DNA of 64,000 bases from Bdellovibrio sp. ZAP7 (GCA_945874535.1 CAMCGZ010000001.1:28471-92470); one strand, 5' to 3'; shown: positions 18,483 through 29,288, numbered from the stretch's first letter. The notes: generated by a model not told the origin, from the letters alone. Made by a program: numbers and translations.

Positions 18483-20339
18483 TCAGGCCTGGGCGCCGGG
18501 TGAGCCGCCTGCCGGCCCCTCAAAGTGCCCCTGGAGTGAGTGGTGAATTTCCGCAAATCGCTTGGGGAGGCGATCTTTCAGGCGCTCGATCAACTCACTT
18601 TGCAGACGCAACTCCTGAGACCATTCCTCGCGGTCGATTTTAGACACAGCCTGGAATCGCTCCTCGCCGAGATTGAGTCCCGACCAGTTCAGATCTCCGA
18701 ACTCAGGAACCAATCCGATCTCGGTGTCGACACCTTTGGCGGTGCCATTGACACGACCGATGATCCACTCGAGGACCCTCATGTTCTCTCCATAGCCGGG
18801 CCACATGAACTTACCGTCGGCCCCCTTGCGGAACCAATTCACACCGAAAATTTTTGGTGGCTGGGAAACACTTTTCCCGATCTTCAGCCAGTGATCGAAG
18901 TAATCGCCCATGTGGTAACCGCAGAACGGCAGCATCGCAAAAGGATCGCGACGGACCTGCCCCACCGCACCCACCGCAGCTGCAGTGGTTTCAGAACCGA
19001 TGGTCGCCGCCCAATAAACACCGTGCTCCCAACCCTTCGGCTCGACCACCAGAGGAACCGTCGTTCCCCGACGGCCACCGAAGATGAAGGCGCTGATCGG
19101 AACCCCCTCGGGGTTTTCCCACTGAGTGTCGACCGACGGACATTGGCTGGCTGGAGCCGTGAATCGGGCGTTGGGATGCGCGGCCTTGCGGCCGGTGTCT
19201 TTCGCGATAGCCGGGGTCCACTCGTGTCCTTGCCAGTCGGTGAGCCGCTCCGGCGGGGTATCCGAAAGCCCCTCCCACCACACGTCGCCATCTTCGGTCA
19301 GGGCCACATTGGTGAAGATCGTATTCTTAGAGATGGTGCGAATGGCATTCTCATTCGTCCGGAGCGAGGTTCCGGGCGCCACTCCGAAATAGCCCGCTTC
19401 CGGATTGATCGCATAAAGCCGCCCGTCTTTTCCGGGCTTGATCCAGGCAATGTCGTCACCAATGGTGGTGATCTTCCATCCGCTCAGGGCCTTCGGCGGA
19501 ATCAGCATGGCGAAGTTGGTTTTTCCGCATGCACTTGGAAAGGCCGCTGCGACGTAGGTCTTCTTCCCCTCGGGACTCTCGGCACCGAGGATGAGCATGT
19601 GCTCGGCAAGCCATCCCTCTTGCTTACCCATCCAGGATGCGATCCGGAGTGCGAAACATTTTTTTCCGAGCAAGGCATTCCCGCCGTAGCCGCTCCCGTA
19701 AGAGATGATGGTTTTTTCTTCGGGAAAGTGGGTGATGTATTTCGTTTCCTTGTTGCAAGGCCAGGCAACGTCTTTCTGGCCGGGCTCGAGAGGGGCCCCG
19801 ACGGTGTGCAGACAGCGGACGAAATCACGATCACCGAGCGCCTCGAGCACCCGTCGCCCCATGCGGGTCATGATCCGCATGTTCACGACGACATAAGCCG
19901 AATCAGAGATCTCAACACCGATTTGTGAAATCGGGGACCCGATCGGCCCCATCGAAAACGGAATCACATATAGGGTGCGTCCGCGCATGCAGCCCCTGAG
20001 GAGCGGATTCAGGGTCTTCTTCATTTCGACCGGATCCATCCAATTGTTATTGGGACCGGCATCTCCTTTTTCGGGGGTGCACACATAGGTACGGTCTTCC
20101 ACGCGGGCCACATCAGACGCATCCGAGCGGGCCAGAAAGCTCCCGGGGCGCTTTTCGGCATTCAAAGGGTACAAGGTCCCCGCCTCGACCATCTCTTTGC
20201 AGAGGCGGTGATATTCTTCCTCGGAGCCATCACAAAAATAGACGCTCGCCGGCTCGGTCAGGGCAACAGTCTCTTTCACCCAGCGCTTGAGCCCCTCATT
20301 TTTTATGAATTCCGGGAAGGAAATGTCGAGATTTGGCAT
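18483..20339 (-). CDS. pckG: Phosphoenolpyruvate carboxykinase (GTP)
   Basis: 618 aa. Full-length similarity pattern to GTP-PEPCK, including the kinase-1a loop and the conserved FPSACGKTN. Confidence 0.95.
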   Translation of the reverse strand: MPNLDISFPEFIKNEGLKRWVKETVALTEPASVYFCDGSEEEYHRLCKEMVEAGTLYPLNAEKRPGSFLARSDASDVARVEDRTYVCTPEKGDAGPNNNWMDPVEMKKTLNPLLRGCMRGRTLYVIPFSMGPIGSPISQIGVEISDSAYVVVNMRIMTRMGRRVLEALGDRDFVRCLHTVGAPLEPGQKDVAWPCNKETKYITHFPEEKTIISYGSGYGGNALLGKKCFALRIASWMGKQEGWLAEHMLILGAESPEGKKTYVAAAFPSACGKTNFAMLIPPKALSGWKITTIGDDIAWIKPGKDGRLYAINPEAGYFGVAPGTSLRTNENAIRTISKNTIFTNVALTEDGDVWWEGLSDTPPERLTDWQGHEWTPAIAKDTGRKAAHPNARFTAPASQCPSVDTQWENPEGVPISAFIFGGRRGTTVPLVVEPKGWEHGVYWAATIGSETTAAAVGAVGQVRRDPFAMLPFCGYHMGDYFDHWLKIGKSVSQPPKIFGVNWFRKGADGKFMWPGYGENMRVLEWIIGRVNGTAKGVDTEIGLVPEFGDLNWSGLNLGEERFQAVSKIDREEWSQELRLQSELIERLKDRLPKRFAEIHHSLQGHFEGPAGGSPGAQA

Positions 20340-20402
20340 AGCTAAGGGTTACAACCAATCGGCGCGAGCGTCAACCGATTGGGCCCGGAAAGAGGCTCTG
20401 CG

Positions 20403-21911
20403 TCAGGGAGTGTTTTGTGCTGCAAAGTTGACCACGATACCATCCAGGGCCGCCCGGGTCGCCGTAGAGCTCATGCTTCCTTCCGTGAACACCACAAAGG
20501 GTTCGAGACCCTCTCCCGGGGCTGGCTCGAAATATCCGGCTAGATTGTGAATCCCGGTCAGCGTACCGGTTTTGGCGTGGATCCTACCGATCGTATAGGG
20601 CGAAGCGGCCAGGACCGGACGAGTCCTGAGCGTTCCACTGACCCCGGCAACCGCCAAGGTGGAGTAGAAGTCTTTGAAGTACGCCTCTCCCCTCAAACCA
20701 GAGAGGAATCCATAAAGCGCATCGGGGCGGAGACGGTTTCTGAGGTCCAGACCGGATCCGTCGGCAAAAACCACTCCCTCGAGCCATGCCGGATCGATCA
20801 GCAGTTCGCGAACCCCCTCGGTCAGAACTTCGGATCCGGAACGGCCGGTGACCCATGCCAGCTCGTGAAAGACGCGGTCCATGATGCCATTGATACTGCG
20901 CTGGACAGCAATCGTGAGAATTTTCAGGAGTGGCTCCGAAGACAAATCCTCACTGATTTCCTCAGCAGAATCCGCAGTTTGTGGAGCATTCCGCGCGGAA
21001 ACCACAGCAACCCCCCGGTTCTCGAGTGCCCGGATGAACAACTGCTCGAGCCAAGCCCCACCCTCGTGCACGGGAAGATCGAAGTAAAGAGTGGCTCTCC
21101 CGATGAATCCGGAAATCACGTAGGCCCGAATGCGTCCGGTCGCGTCGGCCTCCGGGGTGATCGAAACCGAATTTCTTCCGCTCCGGGATCGGTAGACCCT
21201 CACCTTTAGCGGCACCCTGACACCGTGGGTGATCCAGCGGGCTTTTCCGGCGGAGACGGCGAGAGTTCCGCAATTTCCGTTCGACTGGAAGGAGGTTTGC
21301 ATCATGGCCATGCACTCGAGCTTCCAGGAGTCCCGCCAACCGTCCGGACGCGGGATCCGATCGAGCTCGGGCCGGAGGGAGTCGATCCTGACCGGACCAC
21401 TGAGGGTGCGCACCCCTCGAGCCAGCAGGCTTTCAATCAACTTTTGAAACCTGGGTTCATCCACCTGCTCGACTTTCGTGACGGAAGCAAAGGTTCCGTT
21501 TGACCAAGTCGGGTCACCGGACACCACGAACTTCACTTCAGAAAGCGTGCCCGTCCGGGAGTCGAAGCGGGCAGAAAAGCGATTTTCAAACCTGTAATCG
21601 GCACCGAGGTGACGGAGGGCCAGGGCCGCCGTGACCAGCTTTTCGGTGGATGCCGGCAACATGGCGGTGGCAGCATTCCTTGCGAGGGCTTCCTTACCCT
21701 TCATCTGAATTCCGAGCTTCAGGCTCTTCAATTCCGGGTGACGGGCGAAGTATTGGGTCCAGCCCTGTGGGCCAGCCACAGATTCCACCCTCGGGGCAGT
21801 CGGATCCGGAGACTCGGGCAGATCCAGCGTGCGGTTGGAGAGGCGCGCTTCAGCCGTGGTCCCGACCACACAGAACACTCCAGCCCATCCGAAAACCTTG
21901 AACCACTGCAT
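20403..21911 (-). CDS. dacB: D-alanyl-D-alanine carboxypeptidase/endopeptidase (PBP4, peptidase S13)
   Basis: Signal peptide. SxxK (ASTEKL). KTG (HAKTGTL). ~500 aa. Confidence 0.85.
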   Translation of the reverse strand: MQWFKVFGWAGVFCVVGTTAEARLSNRTLDLPESPDPTAPRVESVAGPQGWTQYFARHPELKSLKLGIQMKGKEALARNAATAMLPASTEKLVTAALALRHLGADYRFENRFSARFDSRTGTLSEVKFVVSGDPTWSNGTFASVTKVEQVDEPRFQKLIESLLARGVRTLSGPVRIDSLRPELDRIPRPDGWRDSWKLECMAMMQTSFQSNGNCGTLAVSAGKARWITHGVRVPLKVRVYRSRSGRNSVSITPEADATGRIRAYVISGFIGRATLYFDLPVHEGGAWLEQLFIRALENRGVAVVSARNAPQTADSAEEISEDLSSEPLLKILTIAVQRSINGIMDRVFHELAWVTGRSGSEVLTEGVRELLIDPAWLEGVVFADGSGLDLRNRLRPDALYGFLSGLRGEAYFKDFYSTLAVAGVSGTLRTRPVLAASPYTIGRIHAKTGTLTGIHNLAGYFEPAPGEGLEPFVVFTEGSMSSTATRAALDGIVVNFAAQNTP

Positions 21912-22026
21912 CTTGAACCCCCGGAGAAACCTAGCAAAGGGGGATCCGGATTTCTACCGAAAATTGCCGGCCGCGTCGGACTCATTTTTTTTGTCGGATG
22001 GGGCACTTTGGGGTAACCTGTTGCCC

Positions 22027-22266
22027 ATGACTCCCGAAATGAAGATTCAAGTGAGAGGTTTGACCATTGTCGGCTTGATGCTCGGCGCCGCTGCCGTCAT
22101 CCTCGCGGTATTCATCTACGACATGTCCGAAAACACCCTGATGAGTGCTTCGGCAAAGTACAAGCCTGTGATTCCCGCCACTGCCCCGGTCGACATTACT
22201 CGCGCACCCCAGTGCGCCCCCGGCTACGATACCCGCTGGGTCGGTTGTCAAAGTTTGGCCCGTTAA
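22027..22266 (+). CDS. Small single-pass membrane protein, hypothetical
   Basis: One TM helix (LTIVGLMLGAAAVILAVFIY). The upstream ORF extension lacks features. Confidence 0.3.
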   Translation: MTPEMKIQVRGLTIVGLMLGAAAVILAVFIYDMSENTLMSASAKYKPVIPATAPVDITRAPQCAPGYDTRWVGCQSLAR

Positions 22267-22275
22267 TCTGGCCTC

Positions 22276-23313
22276 ATGAACCCGGAAGCCAGGAACCGCG
22301 AAACGCTTCAAGTCGTTTTTCTGCTCGGCCTGGCATCGGGTGTGGTTTCGATCTTTTTTTTCACTCCCTCCCTGCGCCCCGCATCCTTCTTGACCCTGAT
22401 CACCGTCCTGTTTTTAGGGCCACCGGTTCGAATGCTCGAAAAGCGCGGAGTGCCCAAGTGGGCCTCGATCCTCGGGATCTACCTGCTGATCACCCTGGCT
22501 TTTTTGTTTGGCGTGAATCAACTTATCCAGACACTTAAACTCCAGTGGGCGAATCTCGTCGACGTGTTGCCCGCTCTCGGCGCGGCAGCCCTGGAGCGTC
22601 TGGCCGGGGTCGAGAACAAGCTTCAGGACGCCCTGCAACTGGACTTGAATTTCGGGCTGAAGAGCCGGATCGTCGAGTCGGGCACCCGATTGCGCGAGTG
22701 GACCCTCACCCACCTCCCGAGCATCCTCGGTGATCTGGCCTCGGCCATGATGCTGGCGCCGGTCTTTTCGTTTTTCATTCTGAAGGACGGGGGCGAGATG
22801 CGCCGCCAGTTCGAAAAACTGATTCCCTCCAGCTACTCAAGAAACACGATTGCGGTGATTGATAAGATCTCGGCCTCGATCGGCCAGTTCCTTCGCGCCA
22901 AGATGATCGAGGCGCTGCTGGTCGGAACCCTGGTTTATTTGGGACTCAAGCTGATCGGAGCCCCCTTCAGCGGAGTATTCGCCGTGATTGCCGGCATTTC
23001 CAATGTGATTCCTTACCTCGGGCCCGTGCTCGGAGTGATTCCACCGGCACTGGTTCTCGGCTTCCAGGATCCACCGGCGAATCTCATTCCGATGCTTCTG
23101 GTGTTTTTGATCGCCAACGCGATCGATATGATTCTGATATTCCCGGTGTTTGTGGCCCGGCTCGTGAATCTGAGTCCGCTTAGCTTACTGGCATCGGTTG
23201 CGGTGGGACAAGAACTCTACGGTGTGATCGGAATGCTGATCGCCGTTCCTCTCGCATCGGCACTGAAGATCATCGTGAAAGAACTGATTGAAATCCTGTA
23301 TCAGGCCCAGTGA
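22276..23313 (+). CDS. AI-2E family transporter (PerM/UPF0118)
   Basis: ~345 aa with an 8-TM pattern and the conserved C-terminal region typical of the AI-2E family. Confidence 0.8.
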   Translation: MNPEARNRETLQVVFLLGLASGVVSIFFFTPSLRPASFLTLITVLFLGPPVRMLEKRGVPKWASILGIYLLITLAFLFGVNQLIQTLKLQWANLVDVLPALGAAALERLAGVENKLQDALQLDLNFGLKSRIVESGTRLREWTLTHLPSILGDLASAMMLAPVFSFFILKDGGEMRRQFEKLIPSSYSRNTIAVIDKISASIGQFLRAKMIEALLVGTLVYLGLKLIGAPFSGVFAVIAGISNVIPYLGPVLGVIPPALVLGFQDPPANLIPMLLVFLIANAIDMILIFPVFVARLVNLSPLSLLASVAVGQELYGVIGMLIAVPLASALKIIVKELIEILYQAQ

Positions 23314-23909
23314 AAACTCTTTTTCACAAATACCAGAACGGCCATACCCAGAATGAGCCCCATAAAGGTGACATAGGCCTCAAGCGCACGGTTCTCGTTG
23401 GCCAGAGGAAGTGAGAACCGGTAAACCTCGGGATCCGGATTCACGCGCTCGAGATCGGTGCGGGGCGCGGGGGTCAGTGCCGGAATGAACCGGGGCACCA
23501 GCTTCTTGTACTCGAAATAGACGGGACCGAAGTATTCCTCGGTACCGAGCTTCAGCTCTTCGTGCTCGATCACGTAGTGATAATTCAGAAAGAAAACCAC
23601 CGACATCACAGCAGCAAGAGCCCACGCCCCGACGCTCATCGTCGCGCCGAGCACCATGATGAACCTTCCCAGGTAGAGCGGATTCCGGGTGAAGGAATAA
23701 GGCCCCCCCACCGCCAGTTTCTTTTCTTTACGCAGAAAACCGCTCGCCCAGAAGCGAAGAGTCGCCCCGGCAAAACAGACCGCTGTACCGAAGACCTGCG
23801 GGTATTGGCGGGCACTCAGTATCAACAAGAAAAAGAAAAACCAGTCGATCTGGAAACGCCTGCGACCGGAGAAAAATCTCCGGAGTGCCGGATTGGAAAG
23901 AAGATTCAT
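23301..23909 (-). CDS. Membrane methyltransferase of the isoprenylcysteine carboxyl methyltransferase / phospholipid methyltransferase family
   Basis: RNPLYLG motif (matches RHPxYxG) plus a C-terminal EE. Multi-TM. Confidence 0.65.
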   Translation of the reverse strand: MNLLSNPALRRFFSGRRRFQIDWFFFFLLILSARQYPQVFGTAVCFAGATLRFWASGFLRKEKKLAVGGPYSFTRNPLYLGRFIMVLGATMSVGAWALAAVMSVVFFLNYHYVIEHEELKLGTEEYFGPVYFEYKKLVPRFIPALTPAPRTDLERVNPDPEVYRFSLPLANENRALEAYVTFMGLILGMAVLVFVKKSFHWA

Positions 23910-23957
23910 GGGAGGGATCCTAAAAGAGCCCCCGCCGGCTGGCAAGTCGATTCAGGA

Positions 23958-24341
23958 TCAGGCGAGCTTCTGGTCGTAACGCTTTTGTTCGCGCTCACGG
24001 ACTTCGGCGCCTTCCAGGCTCAAACGGGTCCAGGGAATCGCGATCAGACGCTTTTCTTCGATCGGCTCCTCGGTCTCTTCACAGATCCCGTAGGTGCCGG
24101 ACTCCATGCGGGCCAAGGCGTCGTCGATTTCTTTGATTTTTGCGAGGAGCTTATCACGCTGATTCAGCGCTTGGGTCTGGCTGATGTGAGCAGAAGCCAG
24201 ATCCGCCTCGTCTCCGACCATCTCTGTGGCCAAAGAGGGGTTCAGGGCTTCCAGTCCATTCAGGGTCTCTTGTCTCGTCTTGAGAAGTTTTACCCTGCAC
24301 TCTTCGTACAATTTCTGTCTTTTTTGTCCCATACCACCCAA
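23958..24341 (-). CDS. DksA-like RNA-polymerase-binding regulator, Cys-poor variant (has the DxxDxA tip, lacks the C4 zinc finger)
   Basis: GDEADLASAH tip motif. C-terminal GTYGICEE...IPWTRL contains a single Cys where the CxxC...CxxC would be. Confidence 0.7.
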   Translation of the reverse strand: MGGMGQKRQKLYEECRVKLLKTRQETLNGLEALNPSLATEMVGDEADLASAHISQTQALNQRDKLLAKIKEIDDALARMESGTYGICEETEEPIEEKRLIAIPWTRLSLEGAEVREREQKRYDQKLA

Positions 24342-24438
24342 TCCTCCCGCCCCCCATCATAGTGGGCGTTTAAAGCTTTTACAATTCTACACAAGGGGAT
24401 TTTAAAATGTCAGGAGTGTTTTTTTTGACACGTTGGAT

Positions 24439-25674
24439 TCAATTTAATCGTGAAACGAGGCCCCGAACGTCAAATTTTTGATTCAGGCGCCCCAGTTCAA
24501 GAAGGTCTTTGATGAGGGATAAAAGATCCTCGTCCGTGACCGAGCACACCAAAGCGTATCCGGAGTCACCCCGCAGCACCTTGCCGCAGGAAACCAGAAA
24601 TTCGAGAACGGTCTCCATCAGGGTGTTGGGAATCCCGAGCTCTGCGGACAACTCTTCCAGACTGGCTGGTGCACGACCCTCTTCGAAACGGATACGCAAG
24701 GCCCGGATCAGGCGCTCGAGAACCAGTGCTTTCGAGAGAGAAGACTCCGGAAGCACTCCCGCCCACGCTCGACTCCCTCTCTCCACCAACAAGGAGATCT
24801 CGACCGAGAGGATGAAAATGACCCAAGAAATATAAATAAAGAATGCGAAGAGGGGGAGCACCGCCGCCTTGCCATAGGCGGTCTCGGTTCCCATCTGAAA
24901 GTAGACGCGGAGAATTGCCTGAGCCAGTGTGAATCCGACCGTTCCGACCAGAGCACCGGCTCCCGCTCCTCGCCATGACACTCGCGTGTTCGGAAAGGAC
25001 TTCAAGACAACCGCAAAGGAAGCCAGCACCAACAGCTCCAGGACCCCCTGCTCCAGCAGAGCATTCACCTTTCCGGGGTGAATCCACTCGACAATCCGGG
25101 GAATGGAAAGCGTGGCCGCATAAGCGATGGGCAAGAGCACCATGCAGAAGAAAAAATTACGGACACGATCCCACCAGGCGCGCTCCTCGCGCACTTCCCA
25201 GATGCGATTCATCAGGGACTCGATATTGAAGAACACCCGGGCTCCGATCCAGAGCAGGATTCCGACAGCGAAGATTCCGATCGAGCCACTCTTACGACTG
25301 AGGTTGGCGAGATACTGATCCTTGAACTGGAGAATGAACTGCAGCAGCGTCTTGCGCTGGTCCTCGGGGATCGCCCCGAGTGCCCTTCCGAGCAAACCCT
25401 CGAACTCCTGCTGTACCGGTCCCCACTGTGAAAAGAATCCAAGGAGCAGGAATACTCCGGCCATGAGAGGCATGAACGAGAAGAGCGTATAATACGAGAG
25501 TGATTCGGCCCGGATGGCCACATCGTTTTTGAGCCATTCGAATTGCAACATGGCAATCCAGGTTCCGAGCCGGTGTCCCGATCGGCCCCACCAGGAGCGG
25601 GCTTCGAGCGACAGACGGTGATGCCGGAGCAGGGTGGCCTGGAGCCGTGCCAGGCGCTGTTCTTTAATTGACAT
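24439..25674 (-). CDS. YihY/BrkB-family inner-membrane protein (formerly 'ribonuclease BN-like') with a C-terminal cytoplasmic extension
   Basis: LSYYTLFSFMPLMAGVFLLLGFF and the 6-TM core of the YihY family. Start at MSIKEQ. Confidence 0.75.
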   Translation of the reverse strand: MSIKEQRLARLQATLLRHHRLSLEARSWWGRSGHRLGTWIAMLQFEWLKNDVAIRAESLSYYTLFSFMPLMAGVFLLLGFFSQWGPVQQEFEGLLGRALGAIPEDQRKTLLQFILQFKDQYLANLSRKSGSIGIFAVGILLWIGARVFFNIESLMNRIWEVREERAWWDRVRNFFFCMVLLPIAYAATLSIPRIVEWIHPGKVNALLEQGVLELLVLASFAVVLKSFPNTRVSWRGAGAGALVGTVGFTLAQAILRVYFQMGTETAYGKAAVLPLFAFFIYISWVIFILSVEISLLVERGSRAWAGVLPESSLSKALVLERLIRALRIRFEEGRAPASLEELSAELGIPNTLMETVLEFLVSCGKVLRGDSGYALVCSVTDEDLLSLIKDLLELGRLNQKFDVRGLVSRLN

Positions 25675-25761
25675 GATTTCTCCAATATTCCGCCATTTCA
25701 CGAGAGATTGCGAGGCCCTTTTCATTTGCAATTGACTCGGCGCAATGTTAGGACGGTTCGC

Positions 25762-26607
25762 ATGGAAGTACTCAAGGTTCAGTATGGCACTCCGGATGCA
25801 GCCCAGCGCTTTTGTGAATCCCTGACCAAGACCGGATTCGCTGTCGTGACCGATCACCCGCTCTCTTTCGACCTCGTTCATCGCGTCTATGACCAGTGGG
25901 CCCGCTTTTTCAATTCACAGGAAAAGCACGAGTACACCTTCAAGCCCGAACAGCAGTCGGGATATTTCCCCTTCCGCTCGGAAAATGCCAAAGACAGCCC
26001 CATCAAGGACCTAAAGGAGTTCTTCCACGTTTATCCCCGCTCCCGCATGCCTGAATACCTGATGGCTGACACCTGGAAGCTCTATGGCGAGCTCTGCAAG
26101 CTGGGCGAAGAAATGCTGAACTGGGTTCAGTTGGCATCACCTGATTCGGTCCGGAGCAAGTTTTCGATGCCCCTCTCTGAGATGGTGCAGGAATCCGAAG
26201 AGAACCTCCTCCGCGTGATCCACTATCCTCCCCTACAAGGGACCGAAGAGCAGGGCGCAATTCGCGCAGCCGCCCATGAAGACATCAACTTGATCACCTT
26301 GCTTTGTTCGGCCACCACCGCAGGGCTCGAAGTCCAGGACACCGCCGGAAAGTGGCACACGGTTCCTTGCGATCCGGGATCGATTGCCATCAATGCCGGC
26401 GACATGCTCCAGCTCGCCTCGGGCGGGTATTACAAATCGACCACGCACCGGGTAGTGAACCCCATGGGTCCGGCAGCCAAACTCCCGCGTTATTCGATGC
26501 CTCTGTTTTTACATCCACGGTCTGATGTTTTGCTCGGAGAGAATATCACTGCCGGTCAGTACCTGAAGCAGCGCCTTCTCGAAATCGGCTTGCTCAAGAA
26601 GGCCTGA
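25762..26607 (+). CDS. 2-oxoglutarate/Fe(II)-dependent oxygenase (isopenicillin-N-synthase-like)
   Basis: AHEDINLITLL (HxD) and TTHRVVNP (distal His/Arg) motifs. Confidence 0.6.
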   Translation: MEVLKVQYGTPDAAQRFCESLTKTGFAVVTDHPLSFDLVHRVYDQWARFFNSQEKHEYTFKPEQQSGYFPFRSENAKDSPIKDLKEFFHVYPRSRMPEYLMADTWKLYGELCKLGEEMLNWVQLASPDSVRSKFSMPLSEMVQESEENLLRVIHYPPLQGTEEQGAIRAAAHEDINLITLLCSATTAGLEVQDTAGKWHTVPCDPGSIAINAGDMLQLASGGYYKSTTHRVVNPMGPAAKLPRYSMPLFLHPRSDVLLGENITAGQYLKQRLLEIGLLKKA

Positions 26608-27244
26608 CCCGCTCACCGAACAGCAGACTTCCGACACGGATCACGGTCGAGCCCTCTTGGATTGCCGTCTCGAAATCGCCGGACATCCCCATGGACAGGC
26701 CCTTTCCGAGCTCTGTGCCGTGTTCTTGCGAAAGCTTCACCATACGCCGGAATGCGGAGACCGGGTCGCGCTCGGGATCGGGGATGCACATCAAGCCGAG
26801 CGCCCTGACAGACGGGCACTCCCTCAACACTCCATACAATTCGGCGAGGGAGCCGGGAGGGAAACCGCCCTTGCTCTCTTCGTCGTCGATATTCACCTGG
26901 AAATACACCCTGATGGTTTTTCCTGCTTCGGCAGCACGCCGGCCGATTTCCCGGAGCAAGCGCACCGAATCGACCGAATGGATCACCGAAACCGCTGGAA
27001 TCAGGGCTTTGACCTTGTTGGTTTGCAAACGACCGATGAAATGAAACTCGATCCCCGGCAATCGCCCGTGCAGTTCCTGCCACTTTCCGAGCAACTCCTG
27101 GACGTAGTTCTCGCCGAAAATCCTCTGGCCTTCGCGGTAAAGTGCCTCGATTTTCTCGGGACCCTGCTGTTTGCTGACCGCGACCAGCGTCACCCCCGGA
27201 CCGATCCTGCCCAAAAGCTCACCGAGTCCGATCACCTCCGCCAT
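26594..27244 (-). CDS. yggS: YggS-family pyridoxal-phosphate homeostasis protein
   Basis: LVAVSKQQ PLP-lysine motif. ~216 aa. Conserved GENYVQE. Confidence 0.9.
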   Translation of the reverse strand: MAEVIGLGELLGRIGPGVTLVAVSKQQGPEKIEALYREGQRIFGENYVQELLGKWQELHGRLPGIEFHFIGRLQTNKVKALIPAVSVIHSVDSVRLLREIGRRAAEAGKTIRVYFQVNIDDEESKGGFPPGSLAELYGVLRECPSVRALGLMCIPDPERDPVSAFRRMVKLSQEHGTELGKGLSMGMSGDFETAIQEGSTVIRVGSLLFGERVRPS

Positions 27245-27831
27245 CCGAGCAGCCTCAGATCCCGGGTCACTTCAGTGACCGGAAGACCCACCACATTCGT
27301 GTAGCTGCCGCTGATCTGTTCGATCAGGGCCATCCCGAATCCCTGCGCCGCATAAGCGCCGGCCTTGTCGAGACTCTCGCCCCGACCGATATAATCGTTC
27401 ACTTCCCGGGAGGTCATTTCACGGATCCGCACCCGGGTCCGCACCCTTTTTGAAAGGATCCGGTGCACCCTGCCTTTTCGAATTTCGACCAGTGAATACC
27501 CGGTGAACACGAAGTGGTCTTTCCCGGCCAACGCAGAGACCATCTTCCGGGCCTCACGCTGATTGCGCGGCTTACCGAGATTCCGCCCCGAAGGATCGAC
27601 GACGGTCGTGTCGGCAGAAAGGATGATCGCGGAGCCCGCACTCCCCGACCAGTCACGGGCTGCGGCCAGTGCTTTCATGAGGGAGAGGCGCTTCACCATG
27701 TTCTGCGGTGCCTCGCGGGGAAGGGGCGTTTCATCCACTTCCGGAACCAGGATTTCAAATGGAATTCCCGCCATCTCGAGAAGTTCTTTACGGCGGGGGG
27801 AGCCGGAAGCGAGCACGATTTTTTTATTCAT
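27232..27831 (-). CDS. maf: Maf-like nucleoside triphosphate pyrophosphatase
   Basis: ILASGSPRRKELL N-terminal motif. ~199 aa. Confidence 0.9.
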   Translation of the reverse strand: MNKKIVLASGSPRRKELLEMAGIPFEILVPEVDETPLPREAPQNMVKRLSLMKALAAARDWSGSAGSAIILSADTTVVDPSGRNLGKPRNQREARKMVSALAGKDHFVFTGYSLVEIRKGRVHRILSKRVRTRVRIREMTSREVNDYIGRGESLDKAGAYAAQGFGMALIEQISGSYTNVVGLPVTEVTRDLRLLGWRR

Positions 27832-28801
27832 GGAATTTGGCCTGGAAGAAGTGGAACTGGTTTTTGAAAGAGCGATAGTTATCGTAAGCCCGGTAGATCA
27901 GGGTCACCTTGGTCTGTTTACGCGCGGTGCATTCGTAGATCAGAGTCGCACCTCCCTGGAAAATGGTGGCCAGGCCGAGACCCGCCCCGGCCTGACCTTG
28001 CTTGACGGTATAATCGCTGTCCTTGTAGTTGATCGACACATGGTGGAGCAAACGCCCCCGATCGAGCGACCCCCACTGATCCACAACGGTGACTCCCACA
28101 TAATATCCGTCGAAACCGATCTTCATCAGGGAGACTTCGCGATCGGTCAAGGCGCGCGACTGGTTCCGCTCGGTCGCAGTGTAAACCGGCCGACCGAAAT
28201 CATCCGTGGGCGCATCGAAGATGGCGTTCATGATCACCTCATCCACAGAGTTGGCAATGATGTTTGCGATTCTCGGTGGTATCTTCCCCTGCATCAGGTA
28301 CTGCCGGACAGCCTCGGCCACTTCCTGCTTCTGGTCAGAATGTTCGATTTTGAGGTACTGGACCCCTCCGCGCTCTCCCAGAAAATCCTCTAGATCGTTG
28401 GCATTGCGGGAGGCGCCCGCCTTCAAGTACCTCGAATAGAATCGCGCCGCATCCTCGTGCTCCTGGGTCGGGCGCTGGATGAAGTTCGCAAACAACGGAC
28501 TGGTCGTCAGCTCACGGTTCTCCGCCAGGTTTCGATCGCTCAAAAAATGAAACAGGACGGCAGGAAGGTTCCCTCCGCCAAGCAGTCCGAATTTCGCCTG
28601 AAGCGCGGACTCAAACTCCCTCAGTCGGCCCTGCGCATCGACATCGATGAATACCCCTGCGCACTCCTGGGACGCCAAAACACCGACCGCCGCATTCACC
28701 TCGGGAACCGTTTGGACTTGGGCACCATGATGAGCCGCGATTTCGGCGAGAAAAGAAGGATCCTCGGGGTGATCGGAAATCAGGAGGAATGTTTGGGCCA
28801 T
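27824..28801 (-). CDS. GHKL-type ATPase / serine-kinase-like protein (RsbW/SpoIIAB-like C-terminal domain) with a ~150 aa N-terminal receiver-like/unknown domain
   Basis: N-box-like EVIMNAIFDA. G2 box GAGLGLA. Sits directly downstream of a STAS gene. Confidence 0.5.
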   Translation of the reverse strand: MAQTFLLISDHPEDPSFLAEIAAHHGAQVQTVPEVNAAVGVLASQECAGVFIDVDAQGRLREFESALQAKFGLLGGGNLPAVLFHFLSDRNLAENRELTTSPLFANFIQRPTQEHEDAARFYSRYLKAGASRNANDLEDFLGERGGVQYLKIEHSDQKQEVAEAVRQYLMQGKIPPRIANIIANSVDEVIMNAIFDAPTDDFGRPVYTATERNQSRALTDREVSLMKIGFDGYYVGVTVVDQWGSLDRGRLLHHVSINYKDSDYTVKQGQAGAGLGLATIFQGGATLIYECTARKQTKVTLIYRAYDNYRSFKNQFHFFQAKFHE

Positions 28802-28804
28802 TCC

Positions 28805-29269
28805 TCAGTCCTCCAGGAAATAGAAATACTCTTCAGGATCATCGTCGAACTGGGCACCACAATTGGGGCGCTCACACTTGGCTTTGGGAACCTGAAGATT
28901 CGAGGCTTTCAGTTCCATGGTATTGCAGCATGCGACGAACTCGTTCTCACAAGCCACGCAAGAGAAGGGAAGTAGGATGGAAACCACTTCGCCGCCGCAC
29001 GCGAAGTTGGAGATCATATTGAGTTGCTCGATCACTGAATACGAGCACTCGATGAACCGGAAGCGGACTCCCTGGGCCTTGAGAGACTGGAAGTACTTCA
29101 TCCAGGTTTTTACCCCGACCGAGTTGATCCGCGTGATGCCGCGACACTTGACGGTGAGTAAACCCTCCACTGCGCCAATCAATTGTTCGAAGTTGACGCT
29201 CTCTTCAATCGTCCCGCTCAACTCGACCAACGGGCCCTCTTTCGTTTGCTGTTTGCGAATCGTTAGCAT
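28805..29269 (-). CDS. STAS-domain anti-sigma-antagonist-like protein with a Cys-rich C-terminal tail
   Basis: STAS-like core (LSGTIEESVNFEQL...ITRINSVGVKTW). C-terminal CVACENEFVACCN...CERPNCG. Start at MLTIRKQ. Confidence 0.5.
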   Translation of the reverse strand: MLTIRKQQTKEGPLVELSGTIEESVNFEQLIGAVEGLLTVKCRGITRINSVGVKTWMKYFQSLKAQGVRFRFIECSYSVIEQLNMISNFACGGEVVSILLPFSCVACENEFVACCNTMELKASNLQVPKAKCERPNCGAQFDDDPEEYFYFLED

Positions 29270-29288
29270 AGTCTTGATTCTATCCGGA

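Noticed and set aside
28917-29288. Upstream extension of the lipoprotein ORF
   Set aside because: It is antisense to the STAS gene and has no signal peptide. The lipobox Met at 29289 was chosen.
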